A stretch of 64,000 bases of DNA, from positions 115,760 through 179,759 of the forward strand of contig JBBQZW010000003.1 of the NCBI GenBank assembly GCA_038207395.1, in the 5' to 3' direction. Made by a program: the position numbers and the translations under genes. Below are positions 1-8,673 of the stretch, piece by piece. Numbering within the stretch: the first letter of the stretch is position 1; every line of letters begins with the position of its first letter. This DNA comes from Minisyncoccia bacterium (lineage in GTDB: Bacteria; Patescibacteriota; Minisyncoccia; Phycocordibacterales; Phycocordibacteraceae). Under the pieces are notes generated by a model. That model was not told where the DNA came from and made no database searches. It saw nothing but the letters and a program-made list of their open reading frames with translations.

Positions 1-377
1 ATACGCCGCAGCACGACGGCCGAAGCGTTGTCGTACGTATTGATGACGATGAGAAGCACGTACGTGCAACGATTACCGATACCGGAATTGGCATTGCCCA
101 AAAAGACTTGTACTACGTTTTTCAGCCGTACTTCCGAGGAGACACTTCGCGTGAGCGCACTATTGGGAGCGGGACGAGTGGCCTAGGTCTTGCAATTGTA
201 AACGATATCGTGAAAGCCCACGGCGGAACTATCGTTATTCGTAGCGCACTTAATCGAGGAACCACTATAGAGCTTTCCTTTCCTAAATCAGATACGCGTG
301 AATACGTTAAGAAAGAAGCCGCCCTAGAAGAAGACGACTTAGAACACGAGGAATCGATCCTTTCGGATACCGTCTAA
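1..377 (+). CDS. Sensor histidine kinase, C-terminal HATPase domain (5'-truncated by window)
   Basis: Frame open from nt 3: ...ITDTGIGI (G1), VFQPYFRG (F box), GTSGLGLAIV..IVKAHGG (G2). Confidence 0.9.
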   Translation, partial: TPQHDGRSVVVRIDDDEKHVRATITDTGIGIAQKDLYYVFQPYFRGDTSRERTIGSGTSGLGLAIVNDIVKAHGGTIVIRSALNRGTTIELSFPKSDTREYVKKEAALEEDDLEHEESILSDTV

Positions 378-1144
378 CGCTTCAATCCTGCGCCTGTGCG
401 GAAGAGGATAAGGGTCCAAAGCAGCATGACGAGCGTGAAGGCAATGATAACGGCGAAACATCGTCCGATAGAAACATCCGATACTCCGAGAAATCCATAC
501 CGGAAGGCATTTACCATATACAGAATAGGATTAAGGAGCGAAATCTTTGCAAAGAATGGCGGAAGAAGGTGTATGGAGTAGAACACCCCACCGAGATACG
601 TAAGCGGGGTCAAAACGAAGTTCGGAACAATAGATATGGCGTCAAACGACTTTGCATAGATAGCGTTTACGATACCGGCAAGTGCAAACAAAAGTGCCGT
701 AAGGAATGCTGCTGAGAAGAGAATAAAGAAATTAAAGATGGCGAGGTGCGTAAAGAAGAGTGAAACGATAACCACAAGTACGCCTGTAAGAAAGGCACGG
801 ATAATACCTCCTGAGACAAAGCCTGCGATAACGGTCCATGACGGCATCGGAGAAACAAGGATTTCATCAATCACTCGCTGCCACTTCGCAAAGTAAAACG
901 TGGAGACGGTATTCATATAGGCCGCAGTAATGATACTCATCATGACGAGCCCTGGAACAATATACTGAATATAGGTGAAACCGCTGATAGGCGCGACCTG
1001 GCTCCCAATAAATTTTCCAAACACGACGAAGTAAAGTGACATCGTTATTACCGGTGGCAACAATGTTTGCGTCCAAATACGGAAAATACGCACGACTTCT
1101 TTGCGCACCATGGTGGTATACCCGACAATAATTGGTGATTTCAT
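374..1144 (-). CDS. ABC-2 type transporter permease (YadH-like)
   Basis: KEVVRIFRIWTQTLLPPVITMSLYF, YIQYIVPGLVMM, NPILYMVNAFRYGFLGVSD; multi-TM. Confidence 0.9.
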   Translation of the reverse strand: MKSPIIVGYTTMVRKEVVRIFRIWTQTLLPPVITMSLYFVVFGKFIGSQVAPISGFTYIQYIVPGLVMMSIITAAYMNTVSTFYFAKWQRVIDEILVSPMPSWTVIAGFVSGGIIRAFLTGVLVVIVSLFFTHLAIFNFFILFSAAFLTALLFALAGIVNAIYAKSFDAISIVPNFVLTPLTYLGGVFYSIHLLPPFFAKISLLNPILYMVNAFRYGFLGVSDVSIGRCFAVIIAFTLVMLLWTLILFRTGAGLKR

Positions 1145-1156
1145 ACCTTGGTGCGG

Positions 1157-2095
1157 TTACGAGTTCTTCTTTTCAATAAGCTGAATAAACACTTCCTCAA
1201 GCATACTGCCCGTAGTACGCACGTTTTTAATATGGACCCCTACTGAAGAGAGCTTACGGAATACTTCGTTTAGCGTAGCTCCCGGCTTGAGGGTGAGCTT
1301 TAGGACATGCTCGTCTTCTCGTACAAGAGGCTCACCACGCAGAAGCAGCATGATTGCTTCTGTTATAGATTCAACCGTATCCAAATGAAGGGTTATGAAG
1401 TGAAGTTTTGAAAGAAGCTGCTGCACACTTCCCTCCTCAATGATCTCGCCATTATTAATGATAGCGACACGACGAGAAAGCTGCTCAGCTTCTTCGAGGT
1501 AATGAGTGGTAAGAAGAATGGTGGTACCTGAGGCATTTAGCTCACGAAGGAAGTCCCACATACTACGACGAAGCTCCACGTCAACACCGGCTGTTGGTTC
1601 ATCAAGCAAAAGAATCTGTGGCTTGTGAATAAGCGCGCGTGCAATCATGAGGCGACGCTTCATGCCGCCTGAAAGCGCCTGAGCTTGCTGATCTTTCTTT
1701 TCCCATAGACCCAGGTCTTTCAAAATCTTCTCTGCATACGGAAGCGCATCTTTGCGCGTAATGCCGTAATACCCTGCCTGATCAAGAATGATATCGAGTA
1801 CCTTTTCAAAGATACTGAAGTTAAATTCTTGTGGTACGAGCCCAATAAATGATTTGGCTAGATCAGGATTCTCGTCAATTGATACGCCATGTATCTTTAC
1901 GGTACCTTCAGTCTTCACGCCAAGACCGGCAAGTATGGAGATAAGAGTCGTTTTACCTGCACCGTTAGGGCCGAGCAATGAGAAGAATTCTCCTTGCGGG
2001 ATAGTGAGTGACACACCTTTAACAGCCTCCATCTTGGTATTCTTGCCGGTGGTGTAGGTCTTTTTGAGACCAGTAATTTCAATTGCGGGAGTCAT
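1157..2095 (-). CDS. ABC transporter ATP-binding protein (YadG-like)
   Basis: Walker A GPNGAGKTT, LSGGMKRR signature, LLLDEPT Walker B, H-loop THY. Confidence 0.95.
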   Translation of the reverse strand: MTPAIEITGLKKTYTTGKNTKMEAVKGVSLTIPQGEFFSLLGPNGAGKTTLISILAGLGVKTEGTVKIHGVSIDENPDLAKSFIGLVPQEFNFSIFEKVLDIILDQAGYYGITRKDALPYAEKILKDLGLWEKKDQQAQALSGGMKRRLMIARALIHKPQILLLDEPTAGVDVELRRSMWDFLRELNASGTTILLTTHYLEEAEQLSRRVAIINNGEIIEEGSVQQLLSKLHFITLHLDTVESITEAIMLLLRGEPLVREDEHVLKLTLKPGATLNEVFRKLSSVGVHIKNVRTTGSMLEEVFIQLIEKKNS

Positions 2096-2154
2096 TTTTA
2101 TCAGTATACCAAATGCCGTATTTTTTTACACATACGGTATGCTGTGTAGAGCAT

Positions 2155-4005
2155 ATGACTGAATATCTATTTTTTATAGCCCTTGGCGTTGCAGTTTTTA
2201 CGAGTGGCGCTTTTATGTACGGGATATATCAGCTTTTCGTACCAAGTTCAGTGAAAACAAGACGTGAACTAGATACTGATGAAGAAAAGAAAGATCGTGA
2301 ATCTAAAAGCGCTTCTTCTTCCTCCAGTGACGAGCTACGCACATCACTCTCGACTATTCTACGAGGAGATGTTTCTAATTCATCCCAAGATCGTGCGCAA
2401 TACAGTCGCGACACGAGTATCTTTCAACGCGTTCCTGAGGTGGTCGTATTCCCAAAAGACGCTGATGATGTCGGGGCGCTTGTGCGTGAGATTGCAAGGC
2501 AAAAAGAAAACGGAGCAGATATTTCCGTAACTGCGCGTTCAGCAGGTACGGACATGTCTGGTGGTCCACTCACTCGTTCCGTAGTGGCTGTCTTTACCAA
2601 ATATATGAATACGGTGCGCGAAGTGAAGCAAACACCTGAAGGAGGGTACGCAATCACTGAACCTGGAGTTTTTTATCGTGACTTTGAAAAGGAAACGCTG
2701 GCACACGGCGGTCTCATGCTTCAGTCATACCCTGCGTCTCGTGAGATTGCTGCTATGGGCGGTATTTTGAATAACAATTCAGGCGGCGAACGTACGCTTG
2801 AATATGGAAAGACAGAAAAATATGTGGACTCAGTTGATGTTGTTCTTTCAGACGGAACCCAGGCAACGTTCAGTGCCCTCACCCGCGATGAGCTTGATGA
2901 GAAGAAAAAACTTGAAACGCTTGAAGGTGCACTTTACCGAAAGATTGATGCGCTGCTGATTGATAACGCGGCATTGATCGAAAAGGCAATTCCGAGCGTC
3001 TCAAAAAATTCAGCAGGATACTCTCTCTGGAGTATTAAAGATAAACAGGCTGGCACGTTTAATTTAGCAAAACTCATTTGCGGTGCACAGGGTACGCTTG
3101 CACTTACTACCTCGATGAAGCTTTCGCTTGTTAAAGATCAAGGCTCACGCAGTATGCTTGTTGCCTTTCTTTCTAAGCGTGACCTTGCTCGGTTACCTGA
3201 AATAGTTAAGGCTGTACTTCCCCATAACCCAGAATCGTTTGAGTCGTTTGATGAACACACGCTCACGCTCGCCATTCGTTTCCTCCCCGGCATTCTTTCG
3301 CAAATGGGACTACTGCGCGCTGCGCGCCTTGGACTTTCTTTCCTTCCTGAGCTCTGGATGACTTTGACCGGAGGACTTCCAAATCTCATTCTTATGGCTG
3401 AGTTTTCCGAAGATACGCATGAGGCAGCATTGGCTGCTGCCAATGCTGCCCAGAAGTCTCTTGCGCCCTTCTCACTTCAGACAAGTGTACTCGCAGACGA
3501 ACGTGCGAGCGAAAAGTACTGGATTGTTCGTCGTGAAAGCTTTGCCCTTCTTCGCAAACATTCAAAAGGATTGTATGCCGCACCCTTTATCGATGACCTC
3601 ATCGTTCCTCCCGACACGTACCCCGAGTTCCTTCCTGCACTAAACGCGCTTCTTAATGAATACAAGGAGTACTTTATTTACACCGTAGCGGGTCATATTG
3701 GAAACGGAAACTTCCATATTATTCCTTTGATGGATCTTAGCCGTCCTGAAGTACGCAATGTCATCCTTGAGCTCTCTCCAAAAGTGTATGACTTGGTGCT
3801 CAAATATGGAGGCTCCACAACGGGTGAGCATAACGATGGAATTATTCGCACCCCGTACGTAGAGAAGCAGTTCGGACCAGAGATGTACAAACTCTTCGAA
3901 GATACCAAACGTATATTCGATCCGCTGAATATTTTCAATCCTGGAAAGAAGGTGAACGGCACATTTGAGGACATCAAGAACGACATGCTTACGAGTTCGT
4001 CATAG
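2155..4005 (+). CDS. FAD-binding oxidoreductase (GlcD/D-lactate dehydrogenase-like) with N-terminal membrane anchor
   Basis: PEVVVFP, RSAGTDMSGG, GAQGTLA, GHIGNGNFH, GEHNDGIIR, FDPLNIFNPGK; start moved to ATG 2155. Confidence 0.85.
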   Translation: MTEYLFFIALGVAVFTSGAFMYGIYQLFVPSSVKTRRELDTDEEKKDRESKSASSSSSDELRTSLSTILRGDVSNSSQDRAQYSRDTSIFQRVPEVVVFPKDADDVGALVREIARQKENGADISVTARSAGTDMSGGPLTRSVVAVFTKYMNTVREVKQTPEGGYAITEPGVFYRDFEKETLAHGGLMLQSYPASREIAAMGGILNNNSGGERTLEYGKTEKYVDSVDVVLSDGTQATFSALTRDELDEKKKLETLEGALYRKIDALLIDNAALIEKAIPSVSKNSAGYSLWSIKDKQAGTFNLAKLICGAQGTLALTTSMKLSLVKDQGSRSMLVAFLSKRDLARLPEIVKAVLPHNPESFESFDEHTLTLAIRFLPGILSQMGLLRAARLGLSFLPELWMTLTGGLPNLILMAEFSEDTHEAALAAANAAQKSLAPFSLQTSVLADERASEKYWIVRRESFALLRKHSKGLYAAPFIDDLIVPPDTYPEFLPALNALLNEYKEYFIYTVAGHIGNGNFHIIPLMDLSRPEVRNVILELSPKVYDLVLKYGGSTTGEHNDGIIRTPYVEKQFGPEMYKLFEDTKRIFDPLNIFNPGKKVNGTFEDIKNDMLTSSS

Positions 4006-4018
4006 CACTGCCTATAAT

Positions 4019-4047
4019 TTGACCATAGCGTTCTAAAGTGCTATAAT
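4019..4047 (+). promoter_or_regulatory. sigma70-type promoter of ORFan 4094
   Basis: TTGACC-17nt-TATAAT with extended TG. Confidence 0.7.
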
Positions 4048-4093
4048 ACTAAGGAACCTAGTTCATTAACACTTACACCATTGGAGATGTGCA

Positions 4094-4531
4094 TTGAGTA
4101 ATCAAAAGCTGTTGGAGGCAACTATTCCGGACCATCAAGGGCCCGAATTTCCTTCCTCCGGAAACTATATGCAAGAAGCGTATATCACGGGGCGGCATCA
4201 CCACTTTCCCATCAATGAAGCATTCCTGCGCTTTTATGCTGAGGACCTCAGCATGCTGATGATGCCAAACGTCAAATATTATGACGACTTTGTTACCGAA
4301 GACGGTACACACTGGCGTTGCGTACGTGTTCTACTGACTGACGTCGTGTGTCGCATTCTCTTCCCGAAGGAACGTGATCGTACTCATGAGGACGGCACCG
4401 TTTCTGCCTGTCATGTCGCTTTCTATTTCGATGCCAATCGTGTTCTGTCGGAAGAGGAAGTGGACAAATTTGGCCGAACTCTCTTTTCGGTCTTCGACAT
4501 GGCGCGACGCGAATTCCGCCAGCAAAAATAA
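4094..4531 (+). CDS. Hypothetical protein (ORFan unit)
   Basis: 145-aa ORF between a promoter and a terminator; start codon uncertain. Confidence 0.6.
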   Translation: MSNQKLLEATIPDHQGPEFPSSGNYMQEAYITGRHHHFPINEAFLRFYAEDLSMLMMPNVKYYDDFVTEDGTHWRCVRVLLTDVVCRILFPKERDRTHEDGTVSACHVAFYFDANRVLSEEEVDKFGRTLFSVFDMARREFRQQK

Positions 4532-4550
4532 TCCAACCGCTACGATATAT

Positions 4551-4590
4551 AGGCCGAACGTGGTACGTATCACGTTCGGCCTTTTTATTT
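4551..4590 (+). terminator. Intrinsic terminator
   Basis: AGGCCGAACGTG...CACGTTCGGCCT + TTTTATTT. Confidence 0.8.
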
Positions 4591-4754
4591 ATAAAATAAC
4601 TCTATCCACACCCCACGGCCTAACCCTTGAGTTTTAGGCCATTATATAGCATAATCGAGATAACTCGCAGACAACCCAAGCTTCTGGCCGTGCGTTAGCA
4701 AGGATTCTCAAGGTTCGGATCGGCGAGGTTATATAACCTAGTTACTTACGCCTC

Positions 4755-5120
4755 ATGGCAAATACCAAGCTCTATGTCGGTGGTATCCCGTACCGCACGA
4801 CCGAGGATGAAATGCGTACCGCTTTTGAAGAAGCAGGTGCCGTTACATCCGTTAGTATTATCAGCGACCGCATGACGGGCCGCTCACGCGGTTTCGGCTT
4901 TGTGGAAATGGCCGACGAAGCAGGCGCACAGTCTGCCGTTGACCGTTGGGATGGAAAGGAATTTGATGGCCGCATGCTATCAGTTTCTATGGCGCGCCCT
5001 CAGGGTGACCGTCCTCCTCGCGACAACAACGCTCCTCGTGGAGGAGGGTATGGTGGTGGTGATCGTGGAGGCTTCGGCGGTGGAAACCGCGGTGGCTTCG
5101 GCGGTGGAAACAGCTACTAA
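4755..5120 (+). CDS. RRM RNA-binding protein with Gly/RGG-rich tail
   Basis: RNP2 KLYVGGI, RNP1 RGFGFVEM, RGGFGGG repeats. Confidence 0.95.
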   Translation: MANTKLYVGGIPYRTTEDEMRTAFEEAGAVTSVSIISDRMTGRSRGFGFVEMADEAGAQSAVDRWDGKEFDGRMLSVSMARPQGDRPPRDNNAPRGGGYGGGDRGGFGGGNRGGFGGGNSY

Positions 5121-5136
5121 TACTACGCTTCGAGAC

Positions 5137-5175
5137 AAAAAGAACAGCCCGGCTCACGCCGGGCTGTTCTTTTAT
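5137..5175. terminator. Bidirectional intrinsic terminator
   Basis: AAAAGAACAGCCCGGC-tcac-GCCGGGCTGTTCTTTT between convergent genes. Confidence 0.85.
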
Positions 5176-5181
5176 TTGTAC

Positions 5182-5622
5182 CTATGGCTTCAAATGTTGT
5201 GCCTCAATTTTCGCACGCTCAGCGCTCCATCCAATCAAGTTTGAGACTATCTGGAAGAATGAGCCAAGCGCTCCAAGCGCGAGGATAAGAATGACGGGCC
5301 ACGAGTATATGCTTCCAAAGTAGAAGGTAACGATAAACCAACTAAACCAGAGTCCAATACACCACGGGCAGTTAATAAGAACGCCAAGTGCTTCGCGAAG
5401 CGTGCCTTTCTCTGCTCCCACAAACCAGTCGCGTACAAACTGAGTTATCTTGTCGTACGTGAACAGACGAATCAGGCGGTAAATAGCGAGTGCCATGAGG
5501 ATGAGGTCACGAACGGGTACCTCATAGAAAATACGGCCCTGGGCTGAAAGGGTTCCAATCGAAACGATAACAAGAAGCGCAAAGAACAAACTGAGAACTA
5601 CATTCCAAAAGTGAATTCGCAT
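5182..5622 (-). CDS. DUF1360-like membrane protein
   Basis: LAIYRLIRLFTYDKIT..R and LINCPWCIGLW motifs. Confidence 0.75.
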   Translation of the reverse strand: MRIHFWNVVLSLFFALLVIVSIGTLSAQGRIFYEVPVRDLILMALAIYRLIRLFTYDKITQFVRDWFVGAEKGTLREALGVLINCPWCIGLWFSWFIVTFYFGSIYSWPVILILALGALGSFFQIVSNLIGWSAERAKIEAQHLKP

Positions 5623-5725
5623 AAATAATAGGTATAGATAGTGGCTATGTACTTAGTGTACTGCTCTGCGGGTGAATATGTAAGGTAATCAAGAATGACC
5701 CGGTCCGGGTCATTCTTGAGGCATA

Positions 5726-5971
5726 TTATCGGTGCGGACACCCTGGCCAGCAGCACGGACGACGTTTCCCTTCCGTAAGCTGTTTGATCATACGCGTAGT
5801 ATGTTCTTTTCTTGTCTCAGCTTTCTTAACCGAAGTAATCCAGCAGATCCATTCGTTGCGCCCCAGTAGCGTTAGTCCATTCCAGAGTTCCAGAACCTTA
5901 GGATTAGTAAGGAGTGCTTTGCGCACATCCAAAGGTACGGTATGAACTACGCCGCTCGCAATCTTAACCAT
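5726..5971 (-). CDS. YdeI/OmpD-associated family protein
   Basis: VPLDVRKAL..WNGLT..RNEWICWITSVKKAETR; CCWPGCPHR tail; start ATG 5971. Confidence 0.8.
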   Translation of the reverse strand: MVKIASGVVHTVPLDVRKALLTNPKVLELWNGLTLLGRNEWICWITSVKKAETRKEHTTRMIKQLTEGKRRPCCWPGCPHR

Positions 5972-5994
5972 ACCTGCACTATAGCAAAAATTCT

Positions 5995-6029
5995 TTGCTG
6001 GCAGTGCGAGATGATGTTGGAACTTTTCT
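5995..6029 (+). repeat. Cassette-boundary repeat copy A
   Basis: TTGCTGGCAGTGCGAGATGATGTTGGAACTTTTCT; 29/35 identical to copy B. Confidence 0.8.
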
Positions 6030-6075
6030 ACCGCCATGCTAGCTTCTACTCAGACAGCTACCCTAGGAGGCACTG

Positions 6076-6435
6076 ATGATTTTAATAAAATTGCACCGCA
6101 CGGGAACCTGCTTCACCTGTAAGCAGCAGTTCGAATTGCCACCACCTTCTATCAAGAATGGGACTGCGCTTCCGCACCACAAAGCCCTGGGCAAAAAATG
6201 CCGTGGCTCCGGAATGAGCGCCTGGTATGAACGTCCGATTATCAAGACGGAACAGGAAGCTATTGCAGTTGCAGAATTTCTGTCCAAGGATGACGGGCAT
6301 TGTTTCGTTCTCGCAAGTCACACCATGGCCTGTGGTGACGGAAGAGATTGTGCAAAGAAACGAATGCAGCTCGCGCGTACTTTAGCTGATTATTTTCTCG
6401 ATGAGTTCGGAGTCTCGAGAGCTAACGCAGCATGA
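6076..6435 (+). CDS. Hypothetical Cys/His-containing protein (ORFan cassette 1)
   Basis: SD AGGAGG; CxxC...H..CxGSG possible Zn ribbon; followed by terminator. Confidence 0.7.
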   Translation: MILIKLHRTGTCFTCKQQFELPPPSIKNGTALPHHKALGKKCRGSGMSAWYERPIIKTEQEAIAVAEFLSKDDGHCFVLASHTMACGDGRDCAKKRMQLARTLADYFLDEFGVSRANAA

Positions 6436-6438
6436 CTG

Positions 6439-6478
6439 CAAATGCCCACCCATGGAATATGGGTGGGCATTTCTTTTA
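6439..6478 (+). terminator. Intrinsic terminator
   Basis: AAATGCCCACCCAT...ATGGGTGGGCATTT + T-rich tail. Confidence 0.8.
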
Positions 6479-6513
6479 TTGCTGGCAGACTGGGACGATG
6501 TTGGAACCTTTCT
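6479..6513 (+). repeat. Cassette-boundary repeat copy B
   Basis: TTGCTGGCAGACTGGGACGATGTTGGAACCTTTCT. Confidence 0.8.
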
Positions 6514-6560
6514 GCAACATATGCTAAGTTTTGTCTAGGCTAGCACAAGGAGTTAAAGAA

Positions 6561-6956
6561 ATGACCGATGCGTGGATGAAGCGCGGCGCCGAGCGCCAGG
6601 AATTCCTGGAATCGCTTAAGCGTCAAATTATCGATGAGGAAGAAGAATCTCATCAGAGACTGACCGTTCAGATTCCTCTTGCGATCGCGGTGATGGAACT
6701 TCTGGGCGCATCTTCGCCAGCGCCGATCACTGTAGTTGCCAAAGAAAAGGTCTGGCACTTACTTTCAAAGAAAGTCTGGCCGCAGATCAAGAGTTTTGCT
6801 CGAACGCCAGAAGAAGAAAAAGCTCTCCTTGCCGAGCTGCTTTTGTGGGAAGCGAACTCTCTTGCGAACTACTTTAAGGCACCTTTGCAGACGCAGGAGA
6901 TCGACGAGCCTGAGAAGCTTTTTGAAGGCCGCCAAGCAATGGACAAAGCTGATTAA
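6561..6956 (+). CDS. Hypothetical helical protein (ORFan cassette 2)
   Basis: SD AAGGAG then ATG 6561; followed by terminator. Confidence 0.7.
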   Translation: MTDAWMKRGAERQEFLESLKRQIIDEEEESHQRLTVQIPLAIAVMELLGASSPAPITVVAKEKVWHLLSKKVWPQIKSFARTPEEEKALLAELLLWEANSLANYFKAPLQTQEIDEPEKLFEGRQAMDKAD

Positions 6957-6966
6957 GGGAGGTGAT

Positions 6967-7000
6967 ACTGCCGGGGACCGAAAGGGCCCGGCAGTTTTTT
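6967..7000 (+). terminator. Intrinsic terminator
   Basis: ACTGCCGGG...CCCGGCAGT + TTTTT. Confidence 0.8.
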
Positions 7001-7001
7001 A

Positions 7002-7026
7002 TTGCTGGCAGAGTGGGGATCGAACC
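7002..7026 (+). repeat. Cassette-boundary repeat copy C (reverse complement resembles a tRNA 3' end)
   Basis: TTGCTGGCAGAGTGGGGATCGAACC. Confidence 0.65.
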
Positions 7027-7046
7027 AATACGGTACAATGCACATA

Positions 7047-7820
7047 ATGGACTCGGATACATACGAAAAAGACCTACAGCTACTCGTTCGGGACAAGTAT
7101 GCAGGAGATGCAGGAAAGGTAACTAAGGAAGATACAGAGCGGCTCGCCGCAGGCGAGCCGCTTGCATATATCATCGGCTGGATTCCTTTCCTTACTCTTC
7201 ACATAGATCTCTCCAGCCGTTCGCTCATTCCCCGTCCTGAAACAGAGTGGTGGACGGAACAACTCATTATTCGTCTGCGTGAGAAATTCAAGAATGATTC
7301 TTTCGCATTTCTCGACCTTTGTGCTGGCTCTGGCGCTATCGGGCTTTCAATACTCAAAGAATTTCCGAATGCTCACGTTTCATTTGGTGAACTCATTCCT
7401 GAGCACGGTGACCAAATTAGAAAAAATATTGCCCTTAACAATCTCGATGCTTCCCGTGCTGATATTAGGGAATCATATCTTTTTGAATCGTTTAGAAATG
7501 ACATTCATCAGGAGATGCGTTTTAACGTTATCGCAACAAACCCACCCTACGTTCCTGAAGAACGAGAACTTGAGACGAGTGTCATACACTTTGAGCCTAA
7601 GGAGGCATTGTTTAGCGGCTCAGACGGCCTTGATCTAATTCGGGAGATTGCCGTACGTGTTGATGATTATCTGTACCCTAAAGGTGAAGTGTGGCTTGAA
7701 GCTGACATATCAAATATTGATGCTGCAGCTAATCTTCTGATGAATGGTGGGGCGGTAAAGACGACAATACTCACTGACCCGTATGACAGGCAGCGCGTAG
7801 TAGTGTCATACTATCCGTAA
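7047..7820 (+). CDS. prmC: Release factor glutamine methyltransferase
   Basis: GEPLAYIIG, LIPRPETE, LDLCAGSGAIG, NPPY; start ATG 7047. Confidence 0.9.
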   Translation: MDSDTYEKDLQLLVRDKYAGDAGKVTKEDTERLAAGEPLAYIIGWIPFLTLHIDLSSRSLIPRPETEWWTEQLIIRLREKFKNDSFAFLDLCAGSGAIGLSILKEFPNAHVSFGELIPEHGDQIRKNIALNNLDASRADIRESYLFESFRNDIHQEMRFNVIATNPPYVPEERELETSVIHFEPKEALFSGSDGLDLIREIAVRVDDYLYPKGEVWLEADISNIDAAANLLMNGGAVKTTILTDPYDRQRVVVSYYP

Positions 7821-8068
7821 TGACAACCACCGACGCGTACCAAAGCCCGTTCTCAAAACCGCTCTATACCATTAGCACCACTGCTGACTTTAGTAGTGTC
7901 CTTACCATCGCCTTTTTCTTTATCTTCTTTGGCTGGCTCATCTACACGGTAATTGCGTCGTACCACTGGTTTCGCTACGCTCATAACTCATGGCTCGCTG
8001 TTCCAGCTGTTGCGACGTACATAGTGGTTTCGGGATTCTTGATTTTTTACATCGCCACCGGCGTATAG
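7820..8068 (+). CDS. Small 2-TM membrane protein
   Basis: Coupled to prmC (TAATG overlap); two hydrophobic segments, YHWFRY. Confidence 0.7.
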   Translation: MTTTDAYQSPFSKPLYTISTTADFSSVLTIAFFFIFFGWLIYTVIASYHWFRYAHNSWLAVPAVATYIVVSGFLIFYIATGV

Positions 8069-8071
8069 CGT

Positions 8072-8632
8072 ATGGAAGAATTTGAACTTGAACCTGGCGA
8101 AGAGATAGTACTTCAAGTACGTCAGCATATGCTGGTCTTTGTGTTACGAGTGCTCCCGTTAGTTATTCTTGCCTTTGTTCCCGCACTGCTCTCAGGACTA
8201 TTTTCTGTATTCGCATCAATGAGTCCGCAGACGAGCGCCGCATACACCTCACTTAACCTCCCTGCGCATTTCACTCGTTTCTTCTATGGCCTTTGGCTTC
8301 TCGCACTTTGGACCGCGTTCTTTAGCATGCTCACCCGCCATGTCCTGACGGTTTGGATAATTACAAACATACGCATTGTGGATATTAAACAGTATGGATT
8401 CTTTAATCGTTCTGTTTCGAGCTTCCTTTTGATCAGAGTACAAGATATAACAACTGACGTTTCAGGACTCCTCGCTACCCTCTTCCGCTTTGGAAAACTC
8501 TCTGTTGAGACTGCGGGAAATGATGAACAGTTTGAAATGTCGGGAATTGTACACCCAGAATTCATTCGTGACACCATTATGGCGCAGGTTGCAGATCTAC
8601 ACGGACAAACAGGCTTTACTGACGGAGTGTAG
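8072..8632 (+). CDS. Bacterial PH-domain (bPH_2-like) membrane protein
   Basis: LEPGEEIV..RQH, WIITNIRIVDIKQYGFFNR, VQDIT, FGKLSVETAG. Confidence 0.8.
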   Translation: MEEFELEPGEEIVLQVRQHMLVFVLRVLPLVILAFVPALLSGLFSVFASMSPQTSAAYTSLNLPAHFTRFFYGLWLLALWTAFFSMLTRHVLTVWIITNIRIVDIKQYGFFNRSVSSFLLIRVQDITTDVSGLLATLFRFGKLSVETAGNDEQFEMSGIVHPEFIRDTIMAQVADLHGQTGFTDGV

Positions 8633-8673
8633 GAGGCGTTTAACCGGCGCGTTCAATCTGGTACACTGGCACT

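Noticed and set aside
5995-7026. CRISPR array or integron attC array
   Set aside because: The units are ~500 bp and contain ORFs; repeats are degenerate and not attC-like palindromes; no cas or intI in the window
7002-7030. tRNA gene on the minus strand
   Set aside because: Only a T-loop/acceptor-like 3' fragment; no D or anticodon arms
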